Below, piece by piece: positions 37,725-50,500 of a stretch of DNA of 64,000 nt. The position numbers and the translations under genes were made by a program. The stretch is taken from NCBI GenBank assembly GCA_964016885.1, contig OZ024741.1, forward strand, positions 299,088,001 through 299,152,000, in the 5' to 3' direction. A model generated the notes under the pieces. That model had not been told where the DNA came from. It saw only the letters and a program-made list of their open reading frames with translations, and ran no database searches. Source of the stretch: Eledone cirrhosa. Lineage: Eukaryota. Positions within the stretch are counted from its first letter, which is position 1; every line of letters begins with the position of its first letter.

Positions 37725-39696
37725 CACAGACTGAGCAACTTTATAGACATAGTAAGAAAACCAATTCTCAAACACATACCAAGCCTTGTAAGAGACGATC
37801 TGGACCTCTTAATCCACCTCCCCAAACATGTCAACAACGACACTATTATTGTGTCTTTCGATGTAGTGAATCTCTATACAACGATCCCACACCAGTACGG
37901 ACTAGAAGCAACAGGATTCTGGCTAGAGAAATATCCCAATGAGATACCTGGCAGAATAGAAAAAATCTTCATCACCGAGGGATTAAAATTTATCTTACAG
38001 AACAACTTTTTTTGATTTCGATGGTAGTACTTACAAGCAAATATCGGGGACTGCGATGGGTACAAAAGCCGCTCCAACTTATGCCAACTTAGTCATGGCA
38101 TACTTAGAAGTCCAGATATATCAACAGTCCAAATCAAAATACGGATTGAACTTCCACAAACATTTATCAGAGAATTGGAAACGCTACTTGGATAATTGTC
38201 TCATTCTTTGATCCCACACACTCAACCAACTGAATGAGTTCAAAAATTTAATTAACGGCATCAATAACCACATCCAATTCACAATGGAATACAGCCAAGA
38301 TCAACTCCCATTTCTGGACATCTTAATCTTAAAAAAAGACACAAATATTGAAACTGACATACACTACAAACCAACAGATTCCAAACAATACCTGCTATTC
38401 ATCTCCAACCATCCAAAGCACAAGAAGACGAACATTCCTTTTAACCTAGCAAGAAGAATTTGCACAATTGTCTCCAATTATGAAACGCGAAATAAAAGAC
38501 TTCAAGAATTAAAGGAAATTCTACTCGAAAGACAGTACCCACCATTACTAATAAATAATGGAATAGAAAGGGCTAAAGCAATAGGCATTGATGAATTAGG
38601 AAAACAGAAACAACTGCAAGGTACTACAATATGCTATCATATATGTCAACACACAACCCAAGAAATGCGGAAGCTTACAACACTATTCACAAGAACATCC
38701 CACTATTGAAACAAGAGCAAAGAATGAAAAAAGCCCTTGAAACACACAAAATAATCAAAAGCAAAAGACAACCAAAAACACTGAAAACATTACTCACCAA
38801 TGCCAAATTACCTACCACAAACCCACAACCAACTGTCAAAAAATGTGGTCGCTCTAATTGTGAGACCTGCACTCACCTCATTGAAGGCAACACCTATACA
38901 TGTCAATCAGGACTAAAAAATCACTTCACTTGCTCATCAAAAAATCTAAGTTATGCCATTAAATGTAAAGGGTGCAATAAAGATTATATAGGACAAACTA
39001 AACTCACACTCAAAAACTGAATGACAGTTCATCGCCAACAATTACGAGATCCAACCACGAGAGAGATACCACTAAGCACACATCTAGACATATGCGCAAG
39101 TCCAAGTCTTCCCATTTTACCTTTGCGCTGACAATACAAAAGAACAAATACGAATAAATAAGGAAAATATGTTTATTCAAAAATATAGACCAGCATTAAA
39201 TATGGTTTAATATACATTATGTCAACACCATAACATGCTAACCATACTCCCACACACACATAACACGCATACACACACACACATGACGCCCCCCACACAC
39301 ACAAATCCCTCCCCCATTTCTACTAATAGAATCACTTTCCTACAAACATACACACACAAAATATATATATTCTCTCCATCTTAACATACTCCCACACACA
39401 CACACATAACACCCATACACACACACACAGATGTGCAACGAAAGATTTATGATAAACTATATATATGCGTTTGTGTCTATATTGTATCTGTATTATTTTT
39501 GACCGTCGGTCAGTCAATGGCAACATTGAGGACCCAGTAAGTTAGATAAAAGACACAGAAGCGAGAAGCGAAAACCAACCAAACAGTGAGTGTGTTCTGT
39601 TATTAATTCTGGCAATATTACACAAATATGACCCTCCCCAAGTATAACAATATTTGTTTCGTCACACGATTTCATATAAAAAACCTCGCAAAACTA
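37720..39696 (+). mobile_element. Penelope-like element of a second clade (Neptune/Poseidon-like), 5'-truncated, flanked by (TA)n
   Basis: SFDVVNLYTTIPH, GTAMGTKAAPTYANL, WKRYLDNC, LPFLDI, SNHPKH, CGRSNCETC, YAIKCKGC..YIGQT; frameshifted. Confidence 0.92.
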
Positions 39697-39759
39697 ATAT
39701 ATATATATATATACATAAATACACACACGTTCTTCCTGTTCCGTATAACCATTACCAGT

Positions 39760-39800
39760 CCGAGCTGAAGATCCGCATAAGGTGAAACAATTGTTCTCGG
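39760..39800 (+). ncRNA. Minimal type-I hammerhead ribozyme
   Basis: CCGAG-CTGAAGA-T-CC gcataa GG-T-GAAA-CAATTG-TT-CTCGG: 5-bp stem I, palindromic ACAATTGT stem III, GUU triplet. Confidence 0.8.
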
Positions 39801-39926
39801 TATGGTGAACTAACTGTTGTGTTACTACTTTTCTCTTTCTCTCTCTGTCTCTCTCTCTCCCCCTCTCTCTCTCGCCCTCTATCTCTCTCCCACTCTCTCT
39901 GTCTCTCTCTCTCCCTTTCTCTCTCG

Positions 39927-39986
<60 letters not shown>

Positions 39987-40069
39987 TTATTAAAATAACA
40001 GATTAAAGTTTAAGCAAAGAATCGGTGCTTTAGCCCTCTTTGGATTTTAGTCTTCAAATTTATTATTAT

Positions 40070-40072
<3 letters not shown>
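39987..40072. repeat. Family A mini-element (inverted short end joined to long end) in (TA)n
   Basis: Both ends match parts of 2289-2418 in opposite orientations. Confidence 0.7.
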
Positions 40073-40120
<48 letters not shown>

Positions 40121-40249
40121 AATGTCTGTGTGTGCATGTGTGTATATTTGTGTTGCTACATACATACACAAAACTTAGAAACATTTTCTTCAGCTCTCAT
40201 TTACACCTGCGTGATGGAGGGCTGTGTGTAATGGATATTGCAGGGTCTG

Positions 40250-40720
40250 ATGAGCCAGACATAATACCGGCGCTGAAAGGAAGAGAAATGTGAGACAGTA
40301 GTACTTCAGTGAAAGTGGTATGAGGTTACCCAGTTCCGAGGTGCAGATGTCAATTTAATAGCGGTGACAATGTGAGTCAGTGGCTAGAGCGTTAGCGAAT
40401 TTATGCCAATCATACGAGTGATCATTTTCTAGGTATAGTCCAGAGGTACCATCCCATATGGGGAAAGACTGCTCCAGAGTCGCGGGTCAGAAATTTGTGA
40501 AAGTTAAAATGTTTTCTAAATCTAAAGAGAAGGGTCAGTATGTTAGATGCTGCTCTAGGTAGGTTTAGGATGTATGTCCGTCATGAAATACATTTGGTGA
40601 AGCTTAACACTTGGAGCTGCAGCCTGAATAACCTTTGCTTTATTTCTCCACCATGTATCTTGTATGCTACGGATCTTGCGGTACAAGGTAGCCTTCACCT
40701 CCACCAAACTTAGCTTTATC
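40250..40720 (-). mobile_element. Decayed LINE fragments (RTE-like and CR1-like)
   Basis: YRKIRSIQDTWWRNKAKVIQAAA (RTE-like); PIWDG...CTSELGNLIP (CR1-like C-terminus). Confidence 0.4.
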
Positions 40721-40829
40721 ACACATTCTCCCTTTTGATGAACGATACATACATTCATACATCCATATATGTACATTCATACATACATGCATATATATAT
40801 AAACATTCTCGTATTTAGGCAATCACTTC

Positions 40830-40877
<48 letters not shown>

Positions 40878-40894
40878 ATATTATGTAATTTAGG

Positions 40895-40971
<77 letters not shown>

Positions 40972-40976
40972 ACATG

Positions 40977-41110
<134 letters not shown>

Positions 41111-41427
41111 GAAACGTCTTTTAAAACTATCTTCTTAAATTTTATTCTTTCTTTGGTACCATGTCGAGATGTCACCATCTCTCTGGAGATAATTGAATTC
41201 CATGAACATTTTCCATTAAATAGCGATGTCGTCTTGCTATTACATTCAGCTGTCTCGATGTTCTTCTTATTGACCTTTACTCATTACTATGCTAGTGCCA
41301 TTTCTTCTACATTTACTGTAAATGATCTCAACTTAAAAAAAAACTTTGGTATTTTGTGCCTGATTTGTAAAAGCTTTTTGGTTGTGGCTTTAGAGACATT
41401 CAGATCCATTTGATTTTACCGGAATGG

Positions 41428-41780
41428 ACGCAGCATGTCCGAATGGTTAGGAATATCGATTCGAAACCTTTAGATCTCGGGTTAAATTCAATTGCGAAGC
41501 ATCTTAGGCAACAGACACTTACCTTTGCTTCAGGTCAACCGTTAACTTGTGAAAAGAATTTGGTTGACGGCAACTGCGTAGAAGCCCGTCAGATAGACTG
41601 TGCCTCTAATTCAAAGTACCAGCCCTGTCACACACATTGCGTCACGTAGAATAGCCATAATAATTACTTGAAGGATGTATGTGCATCTGCAATGCTCGGC
41701 CACTTACTGTTAATTTATTGAGCACACCATTCTTTTGATCGAACAACTCGAATACTCATCGTTCAAATCGACGGTGGTCC
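41428..41780 (+). mobile_element. Third tRNA-derived SINE family, degenerate
   Basis: tRNA-like head (CCGAATGGTTAGG...GGTTAAATTC) and TTTGGTTGACGGCAACTGCGTAGAAGCCCGTC tail motif. Confidence 0.6.
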
Positions 41781-42689
41781 GTTCAATTTGCTAGAAGATT
41801 TGCTAAATTAAGTTATGATCGTATTTATATATTCTTTTGTTGCAAGAAATGACTGGATGCGAAACCAAGTCTCTCTTTGAACCAGAATACTTTTTATAAT
41901 ACGTTATTATAAAACCTATCTTGACGAGTGGCCCTACCTGAAGATATACTGGATATTTTTCTGACTAAATATAAGTGTCAATGTCACTGAAGCATTGAAT
42001 TTTACGCGTGGCATTTTATGAGAGAAATCAGAAATGAATTTGACATCACAATAGTGCAGGTGTCGGCTTCCCCAAAACCAATCGAAGATATTTATATAAT
42101 ATCTATCGATCAGGTTGGTCTTTCACCTGTTTGTATTTTCGTTGTTGTAGTGGCAATGTGGCAACATGTCTCCGGTCGCAATTATTACTGTGTTACACCC
42201 CTAACGTATTTTTATTACTCTGAGCTATAATTTATCGGTTCATCGATATCCCTTCATCGAGTGCTTCATGCCAGCCTCAGAAGATTGATTTCAGAAACTG
42301 CTAATCGCAGCTGCAACTTCGATTTTACACACTATTATTATTATTATTACTATTATTATTATGGACGCACATGTGTGAAGAGAGTACAAGTCTGCGGGGG
42401 AAAAGGTTCGTAACTTTAAGCTGTTTTAAAGTATCATTTTTTGTATTTTCTTGTCGTTAACGAAACATAAGGTGCACCTCTTGGTTTCAAGGGAATGATA
42501 CCTCTCAATATTCGGGCTTTAAGCCTGAATATTCAGATTTATTTGAAAAAACTTCGAAAAAAATCGCTCCCCCCCAAAAAAAATATGGAAATGTTCGACC
42601 TTGAAACGGTAAACAACGTTCAGGTCAAAAGTTTAAAGGCAGCCACTGTATATTTCACCACAATTACGACGGCTACAGACATGCCTGTC

Positions 42690-43240
42690 GTCCACTCTAC
42701 TGAATGTGAAGGCAAAACTCAAAAGCTACCATCACAACCTTCTGTGTTAGAAGCAGTGTCATCTGAAAACGAATGAACATATGGTGGCTGCTGGGATGCG
42801 TAATCGAGGAGGGGACAGACACTACCTTCCTGGATATCAAAAGGACAGAGAGAGAACACTGGTCCGGAATGGATTTGGAGATTCTTCTCCAAATGAAACC
42901 GGAGGACATGAACAACACCCGGATTTTTCCCGCCAGCAGGACGGGACAACAATCCAACTAATCACTGGGGGGAGAAGGCTACACGGCTTCGTCTGCGGGG
43001 AAGCAACGCATCTGCAAGCCTTCTGCCCTCAGCGCAAAAATGTAGGGGTCGCAAACCTCCTTTGTTGAAACGCCAGTGTCAGCATGTAAAGCTGCACCAC
43101 CACCACCACCAAAAACAACACCAACAAAGACACGGACACCAACATCAAAAACAGCCGGACCACCACCAACACCGAAACCAATCCAAGGGGAAAACGAGTA
43201 AAGCTCTCCCACTCCGCCTACCCCCTCCCAATTATACACA
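42690..43240 (+). mobile_element. Tx1-like ORF1 fragment
   Basis: WWLLGCVIE..REHWSGMDLEILL and FVCGEATHLQAFC, homologous to 48600-48850. Confidence 0.8.
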
Positions 43241-43241
43241 T

Positions 43242-43447
43242 ATTTTCTTCGGAAGTAGGAATGTAATGCCGTTAACTAGCCATGATGGTATCTTTTCTGG
43301 CTCCTTAACCATTTCATTGTAAAGTTGGGCTAACAGCTCATGAGACTCTGTAAAGGCATTTATCCAAAAATTTGGTATTTTGTCTTTCCCTGGGGATTTC
43401 CATTTGCTGGATTTTCTAAGAGCTAAACGCAGATGTTCAACTGTAAT
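43242..43447 (-). mobile_element. R4/Dong RT N-terminal fragment
   Basis: Minus translation ITVEHLRLALRKSSKWKSPGKDKIPNFWI...PSWLVNGITFLLPK. Confidence 0.8.
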
Positions 43448-43754
43448 AATAATAATTATTATTATGCTGGGATTGGTGGTGGTGAAATTGCCGTTATCTG
43501 GATGTTTTATTTAGTGTACACAGAGGGGGGGGGGGTTAGGTGTGTGTATCTAGGTTGCAGTGGTGGTGGTGGTGAAATTGCTGTTACATAGCTGTTCTAT
43601 TTAGTGTAGTCAGAGTGGGTTTTCTTCCATTTATAACCATTTTCTTTTTTGAATATAAAATTTCCAGTACAAAATTGAATATTTGAGCCATATGCCAGGG
43701 TGTTATGGGTTCTTCTTCTTCTTCTTCTTCTTTTTCTTCTTCTTCTTCTTCTTC

Positions 43755-46700
43755 AAGGTAAGTGACCCTGTCTCACTTGCCCCGTTTTTCATCCAACATG
43801 GCCATACTCAGAATAGGTAGTATAAATGCACGTAGCCTGGGGTCATCTTGGAAGCAGGGTCACCTGCTTAACGACCTCAGGTCACTAAACATAGATGTGG
43901 TGGCCATCAGTGAGACCAGAATCTCCGAAGCACAAGCCTTCGCACTGATCTTCGGCGGCTACGATGTATACGCATCTCCCAGCCGTCCAGTATCGGGGAG
44001 GGGTTGTCGTCCTTTTTCGGAGAGGCTTGGATCTCGCCATACGGGCCATCTTCCTATATCCAGAAGGTAAGTCGGTGGTGCTGGACGTGACCGGCAGCGA
44101 AGGCAATGCTTTCAGGGTAGTAGCCGTCTACGCATAACAGAGGCAGGACGGACAGATTTCTTCAGACGTCTAGAAACCTTTCTTGGAACGTCCCGCTCTT
44201 TAGTGTTAGTGGGCGACTGGAACGGTATCTTGGATGCACGCTGGGATTGTGAGGGGCTAGTAGATAGGGGAGGAGGGTGCAAGAGCCTCACCAACCTGCT
44301 CAGACGTTTTGAACTGTCTGACAGGTATCGACTGGATCACCCGAATGTGCCAATGTGGACATGGACAAACCGCATCGGGTCATCCAGATCGTATCTCGAT
44401 AGGGTATTCTGCAGAGAACTAGATAAGGCTAGTATAAGTTGTCCACAATTTAAAATAGTCGACTACACAGACCACAAATTTGTCATCTGTGAGATCGACA
44501 TAGACAGACTTCATAGACAAGGGCCTGGTTACTGGAAGCTGAACGCGTCTTTCCCGGCACGCAAAGCCTACAGAGACCGGATTAGCGTATTAGTTAAGCG
44601 GGCGTTGACGGAAGCGGCCATCAACAACAGGTGGTGGTTCGCCCTGAAAAGGGCAATTAAAGTAGAGTCGATTAGGTTTAGCAAAGGAATAGTGATAGAG
44701 GAAAATAGAGTAGAGGGAGAGCTAGTCAGAAAGCTAGAAGAGGCGTTTAGGACAGGCATCGCAACCGACGTGCTTGCGGCGAGATTGGCACTCGACCAAT
44801 TCTTCAACGCAAAACACGAAGGCTGCGTTGTCAGAGCTAGAGCGCGTGCTCTGAAACGCGAGGGGACGAAAGCCGTCCAATGGGCCAGGGTGGTGGAGGT
44901 GCGACGTGGCAACAAAGCCACAATTCGGTCTTTGTCTGACCAAAACGGGTGCGTGTTGCTCGAACCCGAGCAGATGTATGAGGCTTTTCAGCAGCACTTT
45001 GCTGAACTGTTCGGGAGCGGCGGCGGGTCGAATCGGGGTGTGGACTTCAGTGCATACCTCGACGGACTGCCTCGGCTCTCGACGACCGCAGCGCAGTGTT
45101 GCGAAAAGCCAATAACAGCCGGTGAAATACGGGAAGCGATGCCTAACTACACGAGGGGTAAATCGCCAGATTTGGACGGTCTGCCCTACGAGCTTTATGC
45201 ATTTATGCCAGACTTGTTCGGTGACCTCTTGGCAGACGTCTACTGCAACTGGCAGCAGAGCGGGAGCATTCCCAGTTTTGTGAGCCGGGGAGCGGTGGCG
45301 CTGCTGAGAAAAGACCCGAACAAGGGGGATGTTATCGATAACTTCAGGCCCATAACTCTGCTAAACGCAGAGTTCAAGATTTTGGCCAAGGTGTTAGCAA
45401 CGAGGTTGGTGCTTGTCGTCGAGGGTCTGGTGGGAAGGCGGAGACATGCGCCATTCCGGACAGATCCATACACGACAACCTCCACATCATGCGATACATC
45501 GTAGAGAGGGTGGTTAAGGAACCTGGCACGGGTGGGGCCCTGATCAACTTGGATCAATCCAAAGTATTCGATAGCGTCGACCATCGGCACCTGGCGGCGG
45601 TCCTCGAGGCAGCCGGTTTCGGGCCCGTTTTCAGGGGTTGGATCGCTGCGATGTACAGCGACATCTGCTCAGTTGTGAGGGTGAACGGTCACCTGTCGCA
45701 GCCGTTCAGCATCATGCGCTCAGTCCGCCAGGGTTGTCCCCTCTCGTCCCTCTTGTACTTATGGGCTCTCGAGCCGTTACTGCACAAACTGAGGGCGATG
45801 AGGGGCATCCCACGCGAACTAGGATGCGGGAAATCCGAGTCGGCTTACGCCGACGACGTCACCGTGGTGGTACCAAGAACCAGACACGTCCAGATGCTCG
45901 GCACCGCTCTCAAGGAATACAAAGCGGTGACAGGAGCAAATATAAACCAGGAAAAGTTGGTAGGTTTGCAACTTGGCACCTGGAGAGGCAAGTCCATGCC
46001 GTCCGACAGCGTCCTGGTGCGTTGGACGGACGGACCAGTTAAATTTCTCGGGTTCTGGTTCGGACCGGACCTCCAGATGGAGAAAAACTGGAACGAGGTG
46101 ACGAGCAGGGTGGCCTCCCTGACCAAGAAATGGGCCGAGAGTAAGCTGTCCCTGAAAGGCCGGGCGGGGGTGGCGAATGCGTACATCGCATCCGTCATCT
46201 GCTACCGCCTCTCCGTCGTCCCTTGCTCCAGCCCATCTCTCACCAAAATGGAGTGCCTCCTCTTCCGCTTTTTGTGGAAGGGACGCGCTCCCATGGTCAG
46301 ACGATCCATCTGCTGTCAACACCCGTTGCGTGGAAGACTGGGCATGCCATGGCTGATGATGCGCAACATGTGCTGAAGCTGCGACATCTCTGGTGCTTCC
46401 TTGACGGGAACAGGTGTGGTCGCCGTTCGCCAGGCACGTTTTCCAACAGCTCGTCTCCTTGACGGAGCTGCAGTCCTGGGTCAGAAAAAGACCGAGTGAT
46501 AGCGCTTGGAAACTGGAATGTCTCCAGGCGCTCACTGCTCTCTGCCAGCTGGGCACCAGTATCGGTGGAACATCCACATCGGCCTTCTATAGAGGACTAG
46601 TGGAGGGGAGGAGCGACGACGTTCTCGGAGATATCCTGGCCGTCGAAGAAGATCAGCTGTTTGCTCTCTTCCGGAGAACTTTCAGCCCAGGGCCTATGGA

Positions 46701-47523
46701 TAACTTCCAAAAATCCCTGGCCTGGCAGTGCTACCGGGGAGCGTTGCCGGTTCGAGATAAGCTCTACAGGCACGGAAGTGCCGTCAGAGGAGCCTGTCCG
46801 TGATGCGCGTAGAGCGACGAAACCGTCGTGCACGCACTCGTTCAGTACCTCAGCGTTCCTGATTTGTGGAGCTTCTGTCGAACAGTTGCTGTCGCGTGTA
46901 GGACTGATCCGGTTATCGACTGAGTCCATTGTGCAGATGGTCTCGCCTTCTTCCTTTGAGGAGAAAGGGCAGGCGGTTTTCATTTGCCTGGTGGCAATGG
47001 CGAAAGAGATTGTGTGGTGGACAAGGCTGAAAGGATTAAAGACACACACTTTCCTCTTCGGCGAATCCCTAATTAACTTTTTCAAGTTTCAATTTGAAGA
47101 GGAAAATCAGGGTGGAGAGGCAAGTGCTGCCTTCTAGCAAGTTTGTTGAAAGGTGGGTGAATGTAGCGAGAATGGTCCGAGAGAACGGGACCGCTCTGAA
47201 TATACGCCTATAGTTTGGGAAATGGAAACATTGAAAGAGGGCGCTTGCCCTGGTGGTCAGGGTGGCCGTGGTCTTTGTGTGGTTTTCGCCACGAGTAACC
47301 CTCGGAGGTTTCCCCTTATTGGGGAATTTTTCATTGTTTCAATTTTCATTTTTATTGTTTATATATATATATGTTTCTATGTCCTTTTTTTTCTTTTCTT
47401 ATATAAATAATAAAAATATTTACACGCACAAAACCCACATCGTACCGTCCTGTACCGTCCTGTACCATCCTGTGCCGTCTGTAATGTTTTTCTGGATGTC
47501 AGCCCTTGTGGCGAATAAAGAAA

Positions 47524-47573
<50 letters not shown>
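43755..47573 (+). mobile_element. Tx1-like LINE, whole ORF2 (ATG 43798 to about 47212, frameshifted), 3' UTR and (ATT)n tail; ORF1 absent
   Basis: SINARSL, ISETR, GDWN, SYLDRVF, TDHK, FRPITLLN, LDQSKVFD, RQGCPLS, YADD, zf-RVT. Confidence 0.95.
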
Positions 47574-50500
47574 GGCGACTACGTAGTAAATCGTATCATC
47601 GTGAGCTCCGCAAAGGTTTGTTGTTTTCAGTTGTTTAAAATTGTCATTTATGGAAAAAAATTTTATTGTTAACTGTATATGAGTGCACATACATTGTTTT
47701 CTGAAAAGGACACTCAAAAGGATTGGGGCCTTGAGCCCAAAATTTAAACTTTTATAATTATCAAACAAAAAGAAAATTTCTTTGGAAAATCATGGCCGAC
47801 TCAAAGCTGAACCCAGTAGCTGAGAGCCTTCCTCACAAACTAACACCTCACACTGACACCACCATTGTAAATATTACTACGTTTGCCAACCCTAAAAATA
47901 TAAGCAGTAGCAATATTTTAAATTTGTCTCAGGCAGACATTCATTTCCCGCCATTACCAATGACTGCAGGTGTTGAAGCCACCACCCCCACCACCACTAC
48001 AGCGACAACAGAAACAAAAGAAAAAAAAAATTAACTCGTGATATCGAAATGAATTCAACCAAAATGAACTCTTCCACACCGAACACCACTGACGCCACCA
48101 CCACCACAACTGAAACTAAAATTAACAATAACAAAAATAACAATGACAACAACATCAACAATGAATTTAAGATAAATACCCTGTCTTTTGAGAGAGTAGC
48201 AAAAATATGCGAAACGATCCTGGTAACTCACGAGGAATTAGAAGAAGCCAAAAGAATGGTAAAGAAAGATGGGTACAGGGTCAGACTCCCCCCCCACCTA
48301 ATAAAATGGAGCATCGTTGCCTATCTACCGTGTCTTATCGGACAATTAACATAAAATCGCGCCGAGTGAAACGGGCATCCGAGTCCCAAATCCAAAAAGC
48401 TTTGGGACATGTGTGGGCAAAGAAAACCCACATCAGACGTGGGCAGAAATATGGAACCGTGGACGTGTTCTTTGAAACACCACAGGAGGCCAGAGAACAT
48501 CCATGGCCCCATTAAGAAGTGACGACTTCACACTCGTCCCAAGATATTGTGGCCAGAGACTCGTAAAGAACAGGGTGACCCACGTTCCTCCGGCCATCGA
48601 AATTCCTTGGCTAATGGCTGCTGTCCTCGAGGCCAACACCAAGATAATCGAAATAGCGAAAGAAAAGCAGGAGAACTGGTCCGGATCTGGGATGGAGCTC
48701 CTGATCGAAGCGGATAAAAGCATTGAGGAGATCCCATAGATAATAGACCTCACCTACGGCAGCCACCTCACCGCAATCGTCGAGAGCAGAAGGCCTAGGT
48801 GTGTCGTTTGTGGCGAAGGAACCCATCTAAAGACTTTCTGCCCTCAGGCTAAAAGGTTGAGGCCACCTCTCTTACCCACCACAGTGACTCAACCATCAAC
48901 ACCACCAGCAGCAGAAATAGCAGCAACAACTGTAGCAGCAACAACAGAAGCAACTGTAACAGCAACAACCGCAGCAACAGTAGCAAAACCAACACCACCA
49001 CCACCCAACGCGCCAGAACTAGCACCAGCGCTTACACCATCCACCACGCCACAACGAAAACTAACGCCTGTGGAGGATTTTCCACTCCCCGGCCTATCGC
49101 AACTGGAGACAGATTGTGACGACGAGGAGTGGGAAACGATATCAGGAAAAAAGAAAAAAAGAAACCAAAAAAGAAAAAAACTCTCTTCCTTCCCCCTCCA
49201 AAAACAAAATACAGAGGGAAACAAATAAACTATCAAACAAAAAAGTTAGAACAGACATGCCACCATCCACACCAGCATCACCAACCCCATCGCCCCAAAC
49301 ACCAACACCATCACCATCATTAACCCCAACACCACATTCACCTACACCACAAAAGGCACCAACATGCGAAACAGAAACAAACCCACAAAAAACGCAAACA
49401 AAACAAAACAACCAAAACGATACACACTACACAGCATTAAATTTGAACAACAACCAATTATTACACTACATCTAACTCAACACCAGCATCACAGAAAAAG
49501 ACTACACAACAACCCAAAAGTTCACACCACTTCCATACATACAAATCACTCGCATCACACAGAAAACGTACATGACACTGAAACAAACATTTCCCAAAGA
49601 CATCGGAGACTTCCGACAAGCACTCTCCAGGAGGATTTATAAGGACATCCTTCTTGAGGAGGCCACAAACAGTGAAAAGGATGGAGAAACCGTCCATCCT
49701 CTACGAGAAGTAATGTAAGTGGTTTTTCCCATCTTTTCCACTCCATTTCAACATGACCTCACTCAGAGACGGACAAGCTTTCAGGTTAGTGGCCGTCTAT
49801 GCCCCGACAGGAGCAGGGCGGCCTGATTTCTTCCGGCGTCTGGAGACCTTTCTTGGAACGTCCCGCTTTTTGTGTTAGTGGGCGAGTGGAACGGGATCTT
49901 AGATGCACGCTGGGACTGTATGGGATTAGTGGATAGGGGAGGAGGGTGCAAGAGTCTCGCCAACTTGCTCAGGCGTTTTGAACTGTCTGACAGGTACCGA
50001 TTGGATTTCCCGAATGTGCCAATGTGGACTTGGACAAATCGCATAGGGTCATCCAGATCATATCTAGATAGAGTATTTTGTAGGGAAATAGATAGGTCTA
50101 GCATAGGATGTCCACAATTCAAGATAGTCAGCTACACGGACCACAAATTCGTGATCTGTGTGCTTGACTTAGATAGGCTTCATAGACGAGGACCCGTCTA
50201 CTGGAAGCTAAACGCGTCCTTACCAGCGCGCAAGGCCTACAGAGACCGGATTAGCGAACTAGTTAAGCGAGCGTTGACGGGTCCATCGTCAACTACAAGT
50301 GGTGGTTTGCTCTGAAAAGAGCAATTAAAATAGAGTCCATTACGTTTAGTAAGGCTTTAGCAATAGAGAAAAATAGAGCAGAGGGAGAATTAGTTAGAGA
50401 ATTAGACGAGGCGCTTAGCAAAGGCATCGCGACCGACGTACTTGCGGCGAAATTGGCCCTTGACCAATTCTTCAATGCAAAGCACGAAGGCTGCGTTGTC

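Noticed and set aside
38208-39020. In-frame TGA codons in the second PLE as selenocysteine
   Set aside because: They fall at positions expected to be Trp and Arg, consistent with ordinary decay.
40244-40300. CTGATGA-GCC...GGC-GCTGAAA hammerhead-like string
   Set aside because: GAAA is displaced by three bases and no credible stems I and III form.
41993-42111. Protein-like stretch IEFYAWHFMREIRNEFDITIVQ... as an exon
   Set aside because: Weak acceptor and donor and no recognisable homology.
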